A stretch of 46,085 bases of DNA, from positions 1-46,085 of the IMG/VR virus record IMGVR_UViG_3300005546_000008. One strand, 5' to 3'. Below are positions 25,693-32,915 of the stretch, in pieces. The position numbers and the translations under genes were made by a program. The number at the start of each line of letters is the position of its first letter. Positions within the stretch are counted from its first letter, which is position 1. A model generated the notes under the pieces. It worked only from the letters and a program-made list of their open reading frames with translations, made no database searches and was not told the DNA's origin. Origin of the DNA: a virus.

Positions 25693-25805
25693 TTACAAAC
25701 CTCTCCCCTCAGCAAGCACAAAATCCTCGTCCAAACTCCTACCGAGTTCATCAGATATACTACTCCAAGCAGTGCAGCAACTAGGATGTAGCGAATCAGA
25801 GTCAT
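25689..25805 (-). CDS. 38-aa hydrophobic micro-protein (below the ORF-track cutoff)
   Basis: ATG at 25805 with an AAGGAG Shine-Dalgarno 6 nt upstream. Translation: MTLIRYILVAALLGVVYLMNSVGVWTRILCLLRGEVCK. Its stop forms an ATGA overlap with 25267..25692. Confidence 0.4.
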   Translation of the reverse strand: MTLIRYILVAALLGVVYLMNSVGVWTRILCLLRGEVCK

Positions 25806-25892
25806 ATCATTCTCCTTTTAGGTGCCCGTTTGCCGCACCTACGGGCGGAGGGATTTCGCTAGTCATAGAGGACAGAGCGGCGGCATCTCCCC

Positions 25893-26558
25893 TTAACTCT
25901 TCGCCTTCTCCGCAGCAATCTTCGCCCGCGCCTCATCCGCGCGTGTCACACCAAACCGCTGCTTCTTATCCTTCGCAGCATCATCTAGCCCCGCGATTGC
26001 CACATAGGCTTTACGATCTACATTACCAAATACGTTGCAACTAATCTGCCCGTACCCGTCCTTATCATATGCACTGAAAACCGCCGACGTTCCTTCCGCA
26101 GTTTGCAGCCACGCCGTAGCAAGCACATCGTTGCCCAACGTCTCCGCCGTGGGCACACTCAGTCCCGTCACATGCATGATCTTCGCCCACCCCCGTTGCC
26201 AATCTTTGCGCATTGCAGCAAGAGTGTTGGGGTCGGTCACAGGCACTTTCTCCCACTTATCTGTTGCTGCATTCTTAGTGAAAGTGTTCGTGGGTGCATC
26301 CAGCGGAAACTGCAACCCCGCACGCTTTCCCACATTTTGCAGAATACTCTCCTTGATTTCGTAAACAATCCGCGCATTTCGGAAGTTGTCCACATACGCC
26401 CGCACCACTGTGCCAATGTTTGAATCAAACTTCTCCAAGCTCGTATAACCGCTATCCTCCCCAAGCTCGTTGGGGTTGAAATCATCTCCGAACCCCGCGC
26501 CACCACTCGTAATTGTTGCCGCCGCCGTTTTTGTGGGATCAATGATTTCCATTCTCAT
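25893..26558 (-). CDS. Hypothetical protein; possible ssDNA-binding or annealing partner of the adjacent Sak4-like ATPase
   Basis: 221-aa ORF with a 4-nt overlap with the ATPase gene. Lys/Ala-rich C-terminal tail. The functional suggestion is by position only. Confidence 0.25.
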   Translation of the reverse strand: MRMEIIDPTKTAAATITSGGAGFGDDFNPNELGEDSGYTSLEKFDSNIGTVVRAYVDNFRNARIVYEIKESILQNVGKRAGLQFPLDAPTNTFTKNAATDKWEKVPVTDPNTLAAMRKDWQRGWAKIMHVTGLSVPTAETLGNDVLATAWLQTAEGTSAVFSAYDKDGYGQISCNVFGNVDRKAYVAIAGLDDAAKDKKQRFGVTRADEARAKIAAEKAKS

Positions 26559-27295
26559 TCTCCTCCTATACCTGTTAGTGTGTTTGTGCGATAGTCAAGC
26601 TCATCCGGTGAAAGCATCTCTGCGTTCTTCATCTCGGGAATCTGCCCAAGCAACTTCGCAAGCTCAGGGAACGTGGGATTGCGTAGCGTCATTCCCACTT
26701 TCAAAATCCCCGCACTTCTCTCCCCTTCCACACACGCATCGGGCCGCGATGCGCCTTGCGGAAACTTAAGCTCAAGAATCAAATCAGCCCAGTGCGGGTC
26801 TTTCTTATCACTCCATGGAAACTCCCCAATCTTCTTTGTCATGTCCTCCGAATAAAGGTTGTTGCGATGCGCGGTGAAGATGTAGTGTTTGCCGCTGCTC
26901 AATGCGAGATATTGTAACTGTCGCAGCGGGCGCTTCACAGCGGGCCAATCTTGCCTTCCCTGGACCGTGGATGTAAGTTGATCCCACACCACACTCATGC
27001 TGTCCAGCGCAAGAGTCACAATATCCGGCCGCGCTGCATACTCTGCAAGAAACTTCTTCACGCTCGCCGGATTTGCCGTCTGCAAAGTATATATCTTAGA
27101 GTCAACCGGTATGTCAAGCAATTTCGCAACTCTTTCTATTGGATGGCGCAAATTTGGTTCATTCCCCTCCGTTGTGTAAAGATGGTAGCTAAACTCAGTG
27201 TCCACCACAGCCATAGGGCCTAACGCCGCCGCGCTTAGTGTGAACAGTGTTTTACCACTCTTTGGCTTACTGCTGACTAACACCTTAAGACCCAT
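26555..27295 (-). CDS. RecA-fold P-loop ATPase (Sak4 / AAA_24-like recombination protein)
   Basis: N-terminal Walker A right after the start (LVSSKPKSGKTLF). Size is about 245 aa. LALDSMSVVWD fits a Walker B type strand. The neighbours are replication and recombination genes. Confidence 0.5.
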   Translation of the reverse strand: MGLKVLVSSKPKSGKTLFTLSAAALGPMAVVDTEFSYHLYTTEGNEPNLRHPIERVAKLLDIPVDSKIYTLQTANPASVKKFLAEYAARPDIVTLALDSMSVVWDQLTSTVQGRQDWPAVKRPLRQLQYLALSSGKHYIFTAHRNNLYSEDMTKKIGEFPWSDKKDPHWADLILELKFPQGASRPDACVEGERSAGILKVGMTLRNPTFPELAKLLGQIPEMKNAEMLSPDELDYRTNTLTGIGGE

Positions 27296-27497
27296 TGAAT
27301 TTTCCCTCTAGCGCCTCGCGCATTACACACATTATTTCATCCAGCGTCACCACTCCCGTCAACTCAAACGATTCAGTTCGTGACCCCCCATATTTCATCC
27401 ACTCCCCTTTCCCCTTCGCGGGTTCATACTTCTTGAGGGTGAGGGTGAGTCTCAGCGCGTCTGAGTTTGATGGCTTATTCCCAATCCTTCTAATCAT
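27285..27497 (-). CDS. Hypothetical small protein
   Basis: ATG at 27497 preceded by GAGGAGGA. The longer track ORF (to 27530) would overlap the upstream gene. Confidence 0.4.
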   Translation of the reverse strand: MIRRIGNKPSNSDALRLTLTLKKYEPAKGKGEWMKYGGSRTESFELTGVVTLDEIMCVMREALEGKFNGS

Positions 27498-27505
27498 AAT
27501 CCTCC

Positions 27506-27811
27506 TCACTTCACCATCATCACAGTGCACCCATAACCACCCTCATCAAACTTCGCCGCCCCCTGCATCTTATACCCTTGGCGCATTAACTCCGCAACCG
27601 CCTCCGCAAAGTTATCCCCAGTCTTAAAGGTGGGGGCGTTCGCGCTCGAAGTGTGAACATCCACATTCAAGCTAAGATTGTTCCAGTCCCAATTAGCGGG
27701 CGCAGAAGGGTAGCCGCTTAGGATAACTACTTCGCACTCCCCCTTTCCCATCGTCGCGCCAACCATCACCATTCCCACAACCACTATTGCTGCAAGCCCG
27801 ATCCTTTTCAT
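27506..27811 (-). CDS. Small exported or membrane-anchored protein, first gene downstream of the leftward promoter at 27844..27872
   Basis: N-terminal hydrophobic signal or anchor (MKRIGLAAIVVVGMVMVGATMG). GGGAGAG Shine-Dalgarno. Confidence 0.5.
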   Translation of the reverse strand: MKRIGLAAIVVVGMVMVGATMGKGECEVVILSGYPSAPANWDWNNLSLNVDVHTSSANAPTFKTGDNFAEAVAELMRQGYKMQGAAKFDEGGYGCTVMMVK

Positions 27812-27839
27812 TGACTCTCCCTTAATGAAACGTTACATT
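27811..27839 (+). promoter_or_regulatory. Sigma70-like promoter for the rightward helicase-type gene
   Basis: TTGACT (27811-27816), 17-nt spacer, TACATT (27834-27839). Confidence 0.45.
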
Positions 27840-28724
27840 CCTCAACATACACCCACCTTGGGTGTGTGTCAACGTAAATTTTCCTCACACGCGCTTTTTA
27901 TTTTGGAGCCTCCCATTAGCTGGCCTACCCTAGAATCATTAATAAGTGAATCCGCTGCTCCCCCTAAATGGCTAGTTAAGGATCTCCTATACCAACAATC
28001 CCTGATCTGCATCGCGGGGGTCCCTGGAGTTGGGAAAAGTGTATTCGCATATTCGTTAGCCGTCGCCGTCGCCAGTGGCCGCAACTTCCTCGACCTAGAA
28101 GTTAACCAGGGACGCGTCTTATACCTCGATGAAGAGAACGGCCCCGCCAACCAACCAACATACTTAAAATGGGCGTGGAAGGGTATGGGGGAACCATCTT
28201 TAGAGGCCCTTAGCACTAACTTGCGCATCGGCCAAAATGCCATCCTAAGCCATCCTGCGGGTTGGTTCGCTTGCGTAGGTGAGGAAGCCCGAGCCTTCCG
28301 TCCTAACCTCATAATTTGCGACACCTCCTCAAGCTGTTTCAGAGTCAATGATGAGAATGATAATGCTGAAGCCTCTAAACTTATAGCTGGCTTACGTTTA
28401 GTCCAAGTTGCAGCCAACAACGATACCACTATTCTAATTCTCCGTCACGCCCGCATTGAGCGCGACGCCAAAGGCCGTCACCCCGACCGCTTTAAGATGC
28501 GCGGCGCATCCGCATGGGCGGGAGCCACTGATGGTGTAATGTTTCATCTCGCGCCCGCTGGAAATTACCACGGATTGCGCCCCACATACATAATTCCTGA
28601 CAAAACCCGCGCTTTCGGCCTAAGATCCAAGCTAATTATAACACCAACTTGGACTTCCGACGATCACAAGGACCGCGGAATCAAACTTGCGGGCCGATTT
28701 GAAAATCACGGCCCCGCAAATTAA
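27825..28724 (+). CDS. RecA-fold ATPase of the AAA_25 / RepA-DnaB C-terminal type (replicative helicase candidate). Start uncertain.
   Basis: PPKWLVKDLLYQQSLICIAGVPGVGKSVFAYSLAVAVASG is Walker A in the typical AAA_25 context. LIICDTSS fits Walker B. The ATG at 27825 lies upstream of the predicted transcription start of the promoter at 27811..27839. In-frame alternatives are TTG 27858, GTG 27864 and TTG 27903. Confidence 0.6.
   Translation: MKRYIPQHTPTLGVCQRKFSSHALFILEPPISWPTLESLISESAAPPKWLVKDLLYQQSLICIAGVPGVGKSVFAYSLAVAVASGRNFLDLEVNQGRVLYLDEENGPANQPTYLKWAWKGMGEPSLEALSTNLRIGQNAILSHPAGWFACVGEEARAFRPNLIICDTSSSCFRVNDENDNAEASKLIAGLRLVQVAANNDTTILILRHARIERDAKGRHPDRFKMRGASAWAGATDGVMFHLAPAGNYHGLRPTYIIPDKTRAFGLRSKLIITPTWTSDDHKDRGIKLAGRFENHGPAN
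27844..27872 (-). promoter_or_regulatory. Sigma70-like promoter for leftward transcription (27506..27811 and downstream genes)
   Basis: On the minus strand: TTGACA (27872-27867), 17-nt spacer, TATGTT (27849-27844). It lies within a 31-nt motif shared with 30719..30749. Confidence 0.5.
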
Positions 28725-28797
28725 CTAAACCCATGAATATAAACAAGATCCTAAACCCTTGTTTAATTCCTCCCCCTTTATCAAATAGGGGTCCTCA

Positions 28798-28824
28798 ATC
28801 GCGCAGGTTTGGAATGTGCGCGAT
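28798..28824 (+). terminator. GC-rich hairpin in the convergent gap after the helicase-type gene (candidate terminator)
   Basis: ATCGCGCA (28798-28805), 11-nt loop, TGCGCGAT (28817-28824), followed by GATTTG. A weaker AT-rich hairpin (TAAACAAG / CTTGTTTA) lies at 28740-28765. Confidence 0.35.
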
Positions 28825-28879
28825 GATTTGCCAGTATGCTTGCATCAACTTCCATTCTCTTTCAGTGAGCAATATTCCT

Positions 28880-29155
28880 CTAAGAGTGTAAAGGTTCATA
28901 TATCCTCCCAAGTCGCACCCCTAACCCCATATGCTTAAATTCAACCCTATGATCCCCTACCCACCGCCTAAAATCTAGCATTGTCCTAAAGGCGCAATAG
29001 GATAGACAATTAGGGGTATTAACCAAAACTTGATAAGGTTGCCATCCTATACCAGAATCCTCGGGAATGTTCATCACCTTTCTAGTATGGCGTTCTGCTG
29101 CTTCTGGGGTCATCCAAATAACCCATAGTCCAGAATGTACGAAAGTTGAAGCCAT
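28880..29155 (-). CDS. Hypothetical protein
   Basis: 91-aa ORF, 2 nt downstream of the preceding gene. Confidence 0.5.
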   Translation of the reverse strand: MASTFVHSGLWVIWMTPEAAERHTRKVMNIPEDSGIGWQPYQVLVNTPNCLSYCAFRTMLDFRRWVGDHRVEFKHMGLGVRLGRIYEPLHS

Positions 29156-29157
29156 GG

Positions 29158-29502
29158 CTATTTTCTCCTTTTAAGGGTAAAACGGAATTCCTGTCCTCTA
29201 TGCTCCAAAGCTGTGTTTAATTGGTCAATACGCTGTTGATCAGTTATGCCGGGTAGATCATTGATTTCATATAGGTGAACAAAATCCACCCGATCAGCAA
29301 GTTCTGCAAGTTCTTTATTTCCACAAGATGACCAAGTAGATCTATCAATAATTTCCTCCATTTTAGCCCCTAGCGCCAAGGCGGCAAATCCCATGCAGCA
29401 TCTCCCAGCAACCCCGGATAAAGCTACCCTAGCCTCTCCTTGCTCTTTCCATCCTCCCCGCCCTCGGTCCCATAATGCTGGGTCAATTTCAACTATTTTC
29501 AT
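29158..29502 (-). CDS. Hypothetical protein
   Basis: 114-aa ORF in the co-oriented early block. Confidence 0.5.
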   Translation of the reverse strand: MKIVEIDPALWDRGRGGWKEQGEARVALSGVAGRCCMGFAALALGAKMEEIIDRSTWSSCGNKELAELADRVDFVHLYEINDLPGITDQQRIDQLNTALEHRGQEFRFTLKRRK

Positions 29503-29514
29503 TGTCCTATCCTC

Positions 29515-29763
29515 CTACAGTAGACACCATAGAGCATAGGCGAACACACATAACGCGACCAACGCCGCAACATCCCACCAGTTAGTGGGGATATTCTCCA
29601 TATACGCCTGCCCATGCTCCATCTTCCTGCAGTACGCGCAAATTATGCGCCCATCTTTGAGTTGATCCTCCATGGCTAAGGTGCCTAGCTTGGCGCTACA
29701 GTGGAGGCAGTAGAGGATGATGGGAGGATAAACCCTTCTAGGGGACATATACTTCCCTCCCAT
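29515..29763 (-). CDS. Zinc-ribbon protein with a C-terminal transmembrane segment
   Basis: CLHC...(about 20)...CAYC, then WWDVAALVALCVFAYALWCLL. The start is uncertain (29763 or ATG 29748). Confidence 0.45.
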   Translation of the reverse strand: MGGKYMSPRRVYPPIILYCLHCSAKLGTLAMEDQLKDGRIICAYCRKMEHGQAYMENIPTNWWDVAALVALCVFAYALWCLL

Positions 29764-30100
29764 CTGCCGTTTTTAGCGTCATAATAGCCCCTCTTGGATC
29801 ACCTTGGAATTCCACACACACATCAGCATAATCCTTGAGGAGCTTCAACACCCTATCCTGCGCCCTACAATCAGGGCAGCCTGCCCTTTTGATAGTGTCA
29901 GGCGTCCAATAGCAGGCACAGCGCGGGCATTCCTGCACCGCACGCTCACCATTATCGGCGGGCCAATCGCCATTACACTGAGCTTCTGCAAGGCGTTGTA
30001 GCGTGACACCTAGACTAAGTAGCCTTTGTGCTGTTTCCCACGACAACCCAATCTTTACTGCTCGCATCATGAACATTTCCCGCTCTGATTGTCGGCTCAT
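29738..30100 (-). CDS. Cys-rich hypothetical protein
   Basis: 120 aa with an ATGA overlap with the upstream gene. CPRCACYW and CPDCRAQ pairs. Confidence 0.5.
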   Translation of the reverse strand: MSRQSEREMFMMRAVKIGLSWETAQRLLSLGVTLQRLAEAQCNGDWPADNGERAVQECPRCACYWTPDTIKRAGCPDCRAQDRVLKLLKDYADVCVEFQGDPRGAIMTLKTADGREVYVP

Positions 30101-30114
30101 TTGCTCCCCCTTTC
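30097..30114 (-). repeat. 18-bp gene-junction repeat, copy 1 (minus strand GAAAGGGGGAGCAAATGA)
   Basis: Identical to 30291..30308. It contains a Shine-Dalgarno (AGGGGGAG) and an ATGA stop-start overlap. Confidence 0.9.
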
Positions 30115-30294
30115 ATATTGGTGCGAGTAAGCCTCTAGAAGCGCCTGCAAGTCATTAGCAAGGGATAACGTGTCCATGTTCAGCGGGAATCCTGACAGCC
30201 TTCCCGAATCCTCCGCTTTGATAGCTTGACGGCGCGCGATGCGTTCTGCTTTGTCCACCAATGCTAGAGCTTTCACAATTGGCTCAAGAGTCAT
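30097..30294 (-). CDS. Hypothetical small protein
   Basis: 65 aa with ATGA overlaps at both ends. It shares the C-terminal tetrapeptide RGSK with the upstream ORF. Confidence 0.5.
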   Translation of the reverse strand: MTLEPIVKALALVDKAERIARRQAIKAEDSGRLSGFPLNMDTLSLANDLQALLEAYSHQYERGSK

Positions 30295-30308
30295 TTGCTC
30301 CCCCTTTC
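30291..30308 (-). repeat. 18-bp gene-junction repeat, copy 2
   Basis: The plus-strand tcatttgctccccctttc is identical at both sites. Confidence 0.9.
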
Positions 30309-30485
30309 CCCCACATCGTGGCCTGCGGCGCGGTGACGTTCAACGTGATCGCAAAGCTCTTCCTCACAGTCACATGGTCCGTGTTCTGATATATCCCATG
30401 ATTCACGGTATAGAACCTTAACGCATGTGTAGCAAAAGCTCGGCGCTTGCGCCCGCCTCTCCGCTTCCTCAACATAGATTGACAT
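30291..30485 (-). CDS. Hypothetical small Cys-rich acidic protein
   Basis: The ATG directly follows the TAA of 30486..30671, with GGAG upstream. Preferred over the overlapping track ORF 30284..30541, which is Arg-rich and looks like an out-of-frame product. Confidence 0.45.
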   Translation of the reverse strand: MSIYVEEAERRAQAPSFCYTCVKVLYRESWDISEHGPCDCEEELCDHVERHRAAGHDVGERGSK

Positions 30486-30671
30486 TTACAACTCCCTATA
30501 AGATAGTTCAAGAATCTGCCGCCATCCGTAACCCTTTTCAATCAAATCGGGGTGCTCATGGCAAAACAGGAGAATGTTATTCAACGCCTTCTCGCGGCCT
30601 TCCGCATGCGGGAATTCACGGTTAAGCCAAGCATCAAGATGAGCCGCTGTTGCATCATCAAATAGTTTCAT
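30486..30671 (-). CDS. Hypothetical small protein, first gene of the leftward early block
   Basis: ATG at 30671 with a GGAGG Shine-Dalgarno 8 nt upstream (MKLFDDATAAHLDAWLNREF...). The track's longest ORF starts at 30704. Confidence 0.5.
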   Translation of the reverse strand: MKLFDDATAAHLDAWLNREFPHAEGREKALNNILLFCHEHPDLIEKGYGWRQILELSYREL

Positions 30672-30714
30672 CTTTCTAACCTCCACTAGCTGGTTGATAA
30701 TCAATCACGCTGAC

Positions 30715-30743
30715 AATGTACACCCAAGAATGGAGTGTGTCAA
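30715..30743 (-). promoter_or_regulatory. Sigma70-like early promoter for the leftward block
   Basis: On the minus strand: TTGACA (30743-30738), 17-nt spacer, TACATT (30720-30715). It lies directly upstream of 30486..30671. Confidence 0.55.
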
Positions 30744-30787
30744 GATAAAAAAAGAAGAAAGTTTCTTTCTACGGGTGTATTATTTAG

Positions 30788-30816
30788 TGGACATCTTGAG
30801 TCTAATGTAATACATT
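30788..30816 (+). promoter_or_regulatory. Sigma70-like promoter for the rightward block
   Basis: TGGACA (30788-30793), 17-nt spacer, TACATT (30811-30816). The ATG at 30824 follows about 8 nt later. Confidence 0.45.
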
Positions 30817-30823
30817 GTTAAGC

Positions 30824-31024
30824 ATGAGCGATCCTCATATAGACCCGCCTATTAAGCACATACCGATAAAACACTGTTCAGCTTGCGGTGATTATGCACT
30901 AGGCGGTTCTGATTATTGCCTGCGGCATACCGCAGTGTATGATAGCCTCATAGGTGAAAGTACGGATTGGGCTAGTGGCTTAGTCCCTGTTGATAAGGTA
31001 AAGGCGTGTGCCAGCCACGATTGA
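30824..31024 (+). CDS. Small zinc-finger protein, first gene of the rightward block
   Basis: The ATG at 30824 lies about 8 nt after the -10 box at 30811..30816. Translation MSDPHIDPPIKHIPIKHCSACGDYALGGSDYCLRH carries CxxC...CxxH. Confidence 0.45.
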   Translation: MSDPHIDPPIKHIPIKHCSACGDYALGGSDYCLRHTAVYDSLIGESTDWASGLVPVDKVKACASHD

Positions 31025-31598
31025 TGCTAGCAAGCGACTTGAAATACTCACCCTACGCAAAGCGGGCAATACCTTTACGCAAATTGCTGCGCAAGTTGGT
31101 GTTCATGAGCAAACAGCTATGCGTGTGTTCGCCCGCTACAAGGACACACAACCCGCTTCCCTGGCAGCTAAGATTGCAAGTAAAGAGCGCATCCTAGAGC
31201 GTATGACTACTATACTGGAAAGTGCTGATAAGACTACAGATAGCATCGCGGCAGGCAAACTTATAGCGCTCATGCAGGGGTATTTGACCCCTGAACAAGG
31301 CCGCGCTGCGCAGGTGAATATTAACATGCTAGGTGGAAGCGTGGACATCAGCGCTATGGAGCGTGAATACGAAGCGCTACGTGCCCCTACAACGCACGCG
31401 CACACGCTAGTTGATACCTCACCCTCGCCTAACGCTAATGATGCGATTGTAGGCCAACGTGGCGAGAATGGGGCGCTATTAGGCTCGGTGGGAGATTCTT
31501 TGGGAGGGGTGGAGCCCCCCAGCAAGTTGGAGTCGAACACGTTAAGCTCCTCCCTAGATTTTCTTGAAAATTCTGGCAAGGGTGATGACCAAAAGTGA
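31008..31598 (+). CDS. Helix-turn-helix DNA-binding protein; small terminase subunit candidate
   Basis: GTG start. RLEILTLRKAGNTFTQIAAQVGVHEQTAMRVF is a classic HTH, followed by a helical middle region. It lies at the head of the packaging and structural operon. Confidence 0.4.
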   Translation: MPATIDASKRLEILTLRKAGNTFTQIAAQVGVHEQTAMRVFARYKDTQPASLAAKIASKERILERMTTILESADKTTDSIAAGKLIALMQGYLTPEQGRAAQVNINMLGGSVDISAMEREYEALRAPTTHAHTLVDTSPSPNANDAIVGQRGENGALLGSVGDSLGGVEPPSKLESNTLSSSLDFLENSGKGDDQK

Positions 31599-31797
31599 GG
31601 TAATTCGTTTAGTTTCAAGATTTTATGAGTCATCGAGACTCACTCGTAAACGTTATTTTGAGGAGGAATGGGGAGTGGCAGCGAAACCTAAGCCGAAGCC
31701 TAAGGGTGGGAAGAACGATTTGAGAATTAAGACCGCCTATAAGACTGTTAAGGCGGCCACAAAGGAGAAGAATAAGATTATTGGGGGAGATTACTAG
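31585..31797 (+). CDS. Hypothetical basic protein
   Basis: ATG at 31585 (the track's longest ORF starts at TTG 31564). Lys-rich. Confidence 0.4.
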   Translation: MTKSEVIRLVSRFYESSRLTRKRYFEEEWGVAAKPKPKPKGGKNDLRIKTAYKTVKAATKEKNKIIGGDY

Positions 31798-31985
31798 TGG
31801 CGAAGCTGGGGATGAAGATTCAAGCGCCGCGCAAGACTCCCTACGATTCCCTATCAAAACGTATGACAGAGGGCCGAAAAGCTCAGCAACGACTCGAAAT
31901 TGAGCCTGCACTAGGCGCAAGGGGAACTCAGCGGCGTCTCCCGCGTGTTGCCCCCATTGTCCAGCGTGGGGGGAAACGTGCCTAG
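31797..31985 (+). CDS. Hypothetical basic protein
   Basis: The GTG overlaps the upstream TAG. 62 aa, Arg/Lys-rich. Confidence 0.35.
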   Translation: MAKLGMKIQAPRKTPYDSLSKRMTEGRKAQQRLEIEPALGARGTQRRLPRVAPIVQRGGKRA

Positions 31986-32130
31986 TAAGAGTAAATCTCA
32001 GCATCGTGCCATGGCCGCCGCTTGTAGTGGCAAAAGTGGCTCTGGAATCCCTAAAAGTGTTGGGTGTGAGTTCATGCACGCCGACAAAGGGAAGGTTAAG
32101 TCCCTCCCCAGTAAGAAGAAGGCGAAGTGA
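31978..32130 (+). CDS. Small basic protein, DUF3008-like
   Basis: GTG at 31978 after a GGGGGG stretch. PSKSKSQHRAMAAACSGKSG resembles the MP-x-KSKAQQRA-x-GAALAAKRG signature as I recall it for that family. Confidence 0.35.
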   Translation: MPSKSKSQHRAMAAACSGKSGSGIPKSVGCEFMHADKGKVKSLPSKKKAK

Positions 32131-32273
32131 CTAAAGAGGAGCACCGGCAAGAATGGATTACCTTTGTACGTAAATGGAATGGGGAGTTACCTATTCGTAC
32201 CGATAAGGAATATGCAGCACTCCTCCGCAAAGAAAAGCGAGATATTGCTCGATTATTGAGGAAGAGTAGGTGA
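32127..32273 (+). CDS. 48-aa hypothetical protein (below the ORF-track cutoff)
   Basis: GTGA overlap with the upstream stop, and its TGA directly abuts the next ATG (32274). Translation: MTKEEHRQEWITFVRKWNGELPIRTDKEYAALLRKEKRDIARLLRKSR. Confidence 0.35.
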   Translation: MTKEEHRQEWITFVRKWNGELPIRTDKEYAALLRKEKRDIARLLRKSR

Positions 32274-32915
32274 ATGCGCGTCGCCGTCACAGGTTCCACA
32301 GGAAGGTTAGGGAAGGAGATTCACAAACTCCGTCCTAATTTCGTCGCTTTGGGCCACGATGTAACCTCATTTTGGGGTATAAGCGGCGGATTCGACACCT
32401 TGATCCACCTTGCAGCGATGACCCACGTTCCAACGTGCGAGCGCGAACGCGACCTAGCGTGGAAAGTGAACGTGGTGGGTACTGCCAATGCGGTCGAGTG
32501 GTGTCTCCGCACAGGCTGCAAGATGGTGTACATGAGTTCCTCATATGCAGTGAATCCGGTGAATTGGTATGGACGGACGAAGAGGTGTGGGGAGATAATT
32601 GCATCTCATGCCGCTGGAGGCCTTATCGTTCGCAGCCAGTTCAAAGAACGCCCCTACCCCTACAATATAGCCCCCACCGACGCATACGCCAGGGCAATGT
32701 ACGCGGATGAGGTTGCAAATGAGTTGGTTAAGCTCGTTGAGGGAGAAACTTCGGGAATTGTTGGTATTTGGGGAAAGCGACGAAGTTTGTTTGACTTCGC
32801 CCGAGAATCAAGAAGTGACGTTAAACCCTGCCTTCGACGAGATCTACCCCATACTATCCCAGCCGATGCTTCTCCAGAAGCCAGTTCACAAGGATCATCG
32901 CGGGTGGGTGTATGA
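32274..32915 (+). CDS. rmlD: Short-chain dehydrogenase/reductase resembling dTDP-4-dehydrorhamnose reductase (RmlD-like), unusually short at 213 aa
   Basis: MRVAVTGSTGRLGKEI is a Rossmann GxxGxxG motif. IHLAAMTHV, MSSSYAV and the catalytic YGRTK (YxxxK) are present. LIVRSQF matches the RmlD IxRTSW segment. Confidence 0.55.
   Translation: MRVAVTGSTGRLGKEIHKLRPNFVALGHDVTSFWGISGGFDTLIHLAAMTHVPTCERERDLAWKVNVVGTANAVEWCLRTGCKMVYMSSSYAVNPVNWYGRTKRCGEIIASHAAGGLIVRSQFKERPYPYNIAPTDAYARAMYADEVANELVKLVEGETSGIVGIWGKRRSLFDFARESRSDVKPCLRRDLPHTIPADASPEASSQGSSRVGV

Noticed and set aside
25806-25892. Alternative hairpins (AGGTGC/GCACCT and GCCCGT/ACGGGC) upstream of the 38-aa micro-ORF as an attenuator or riboswitch
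   Set aside because: The stems are only 6 bp with long loops. I recognised no conserved riboswitch-like architecture and there is no terminator U-tract. This is too weak to call.
30284-30541. Track ORF 30284..30541 (-, 85 aa)
   Set aside because: It overlaps two tightly coupled ORFs (30486..30671 and 30291..30485) that have a TAA-ATG abutment and an ATGA overlap. Its product is Arg/Lys-rich, without a plausible start context.
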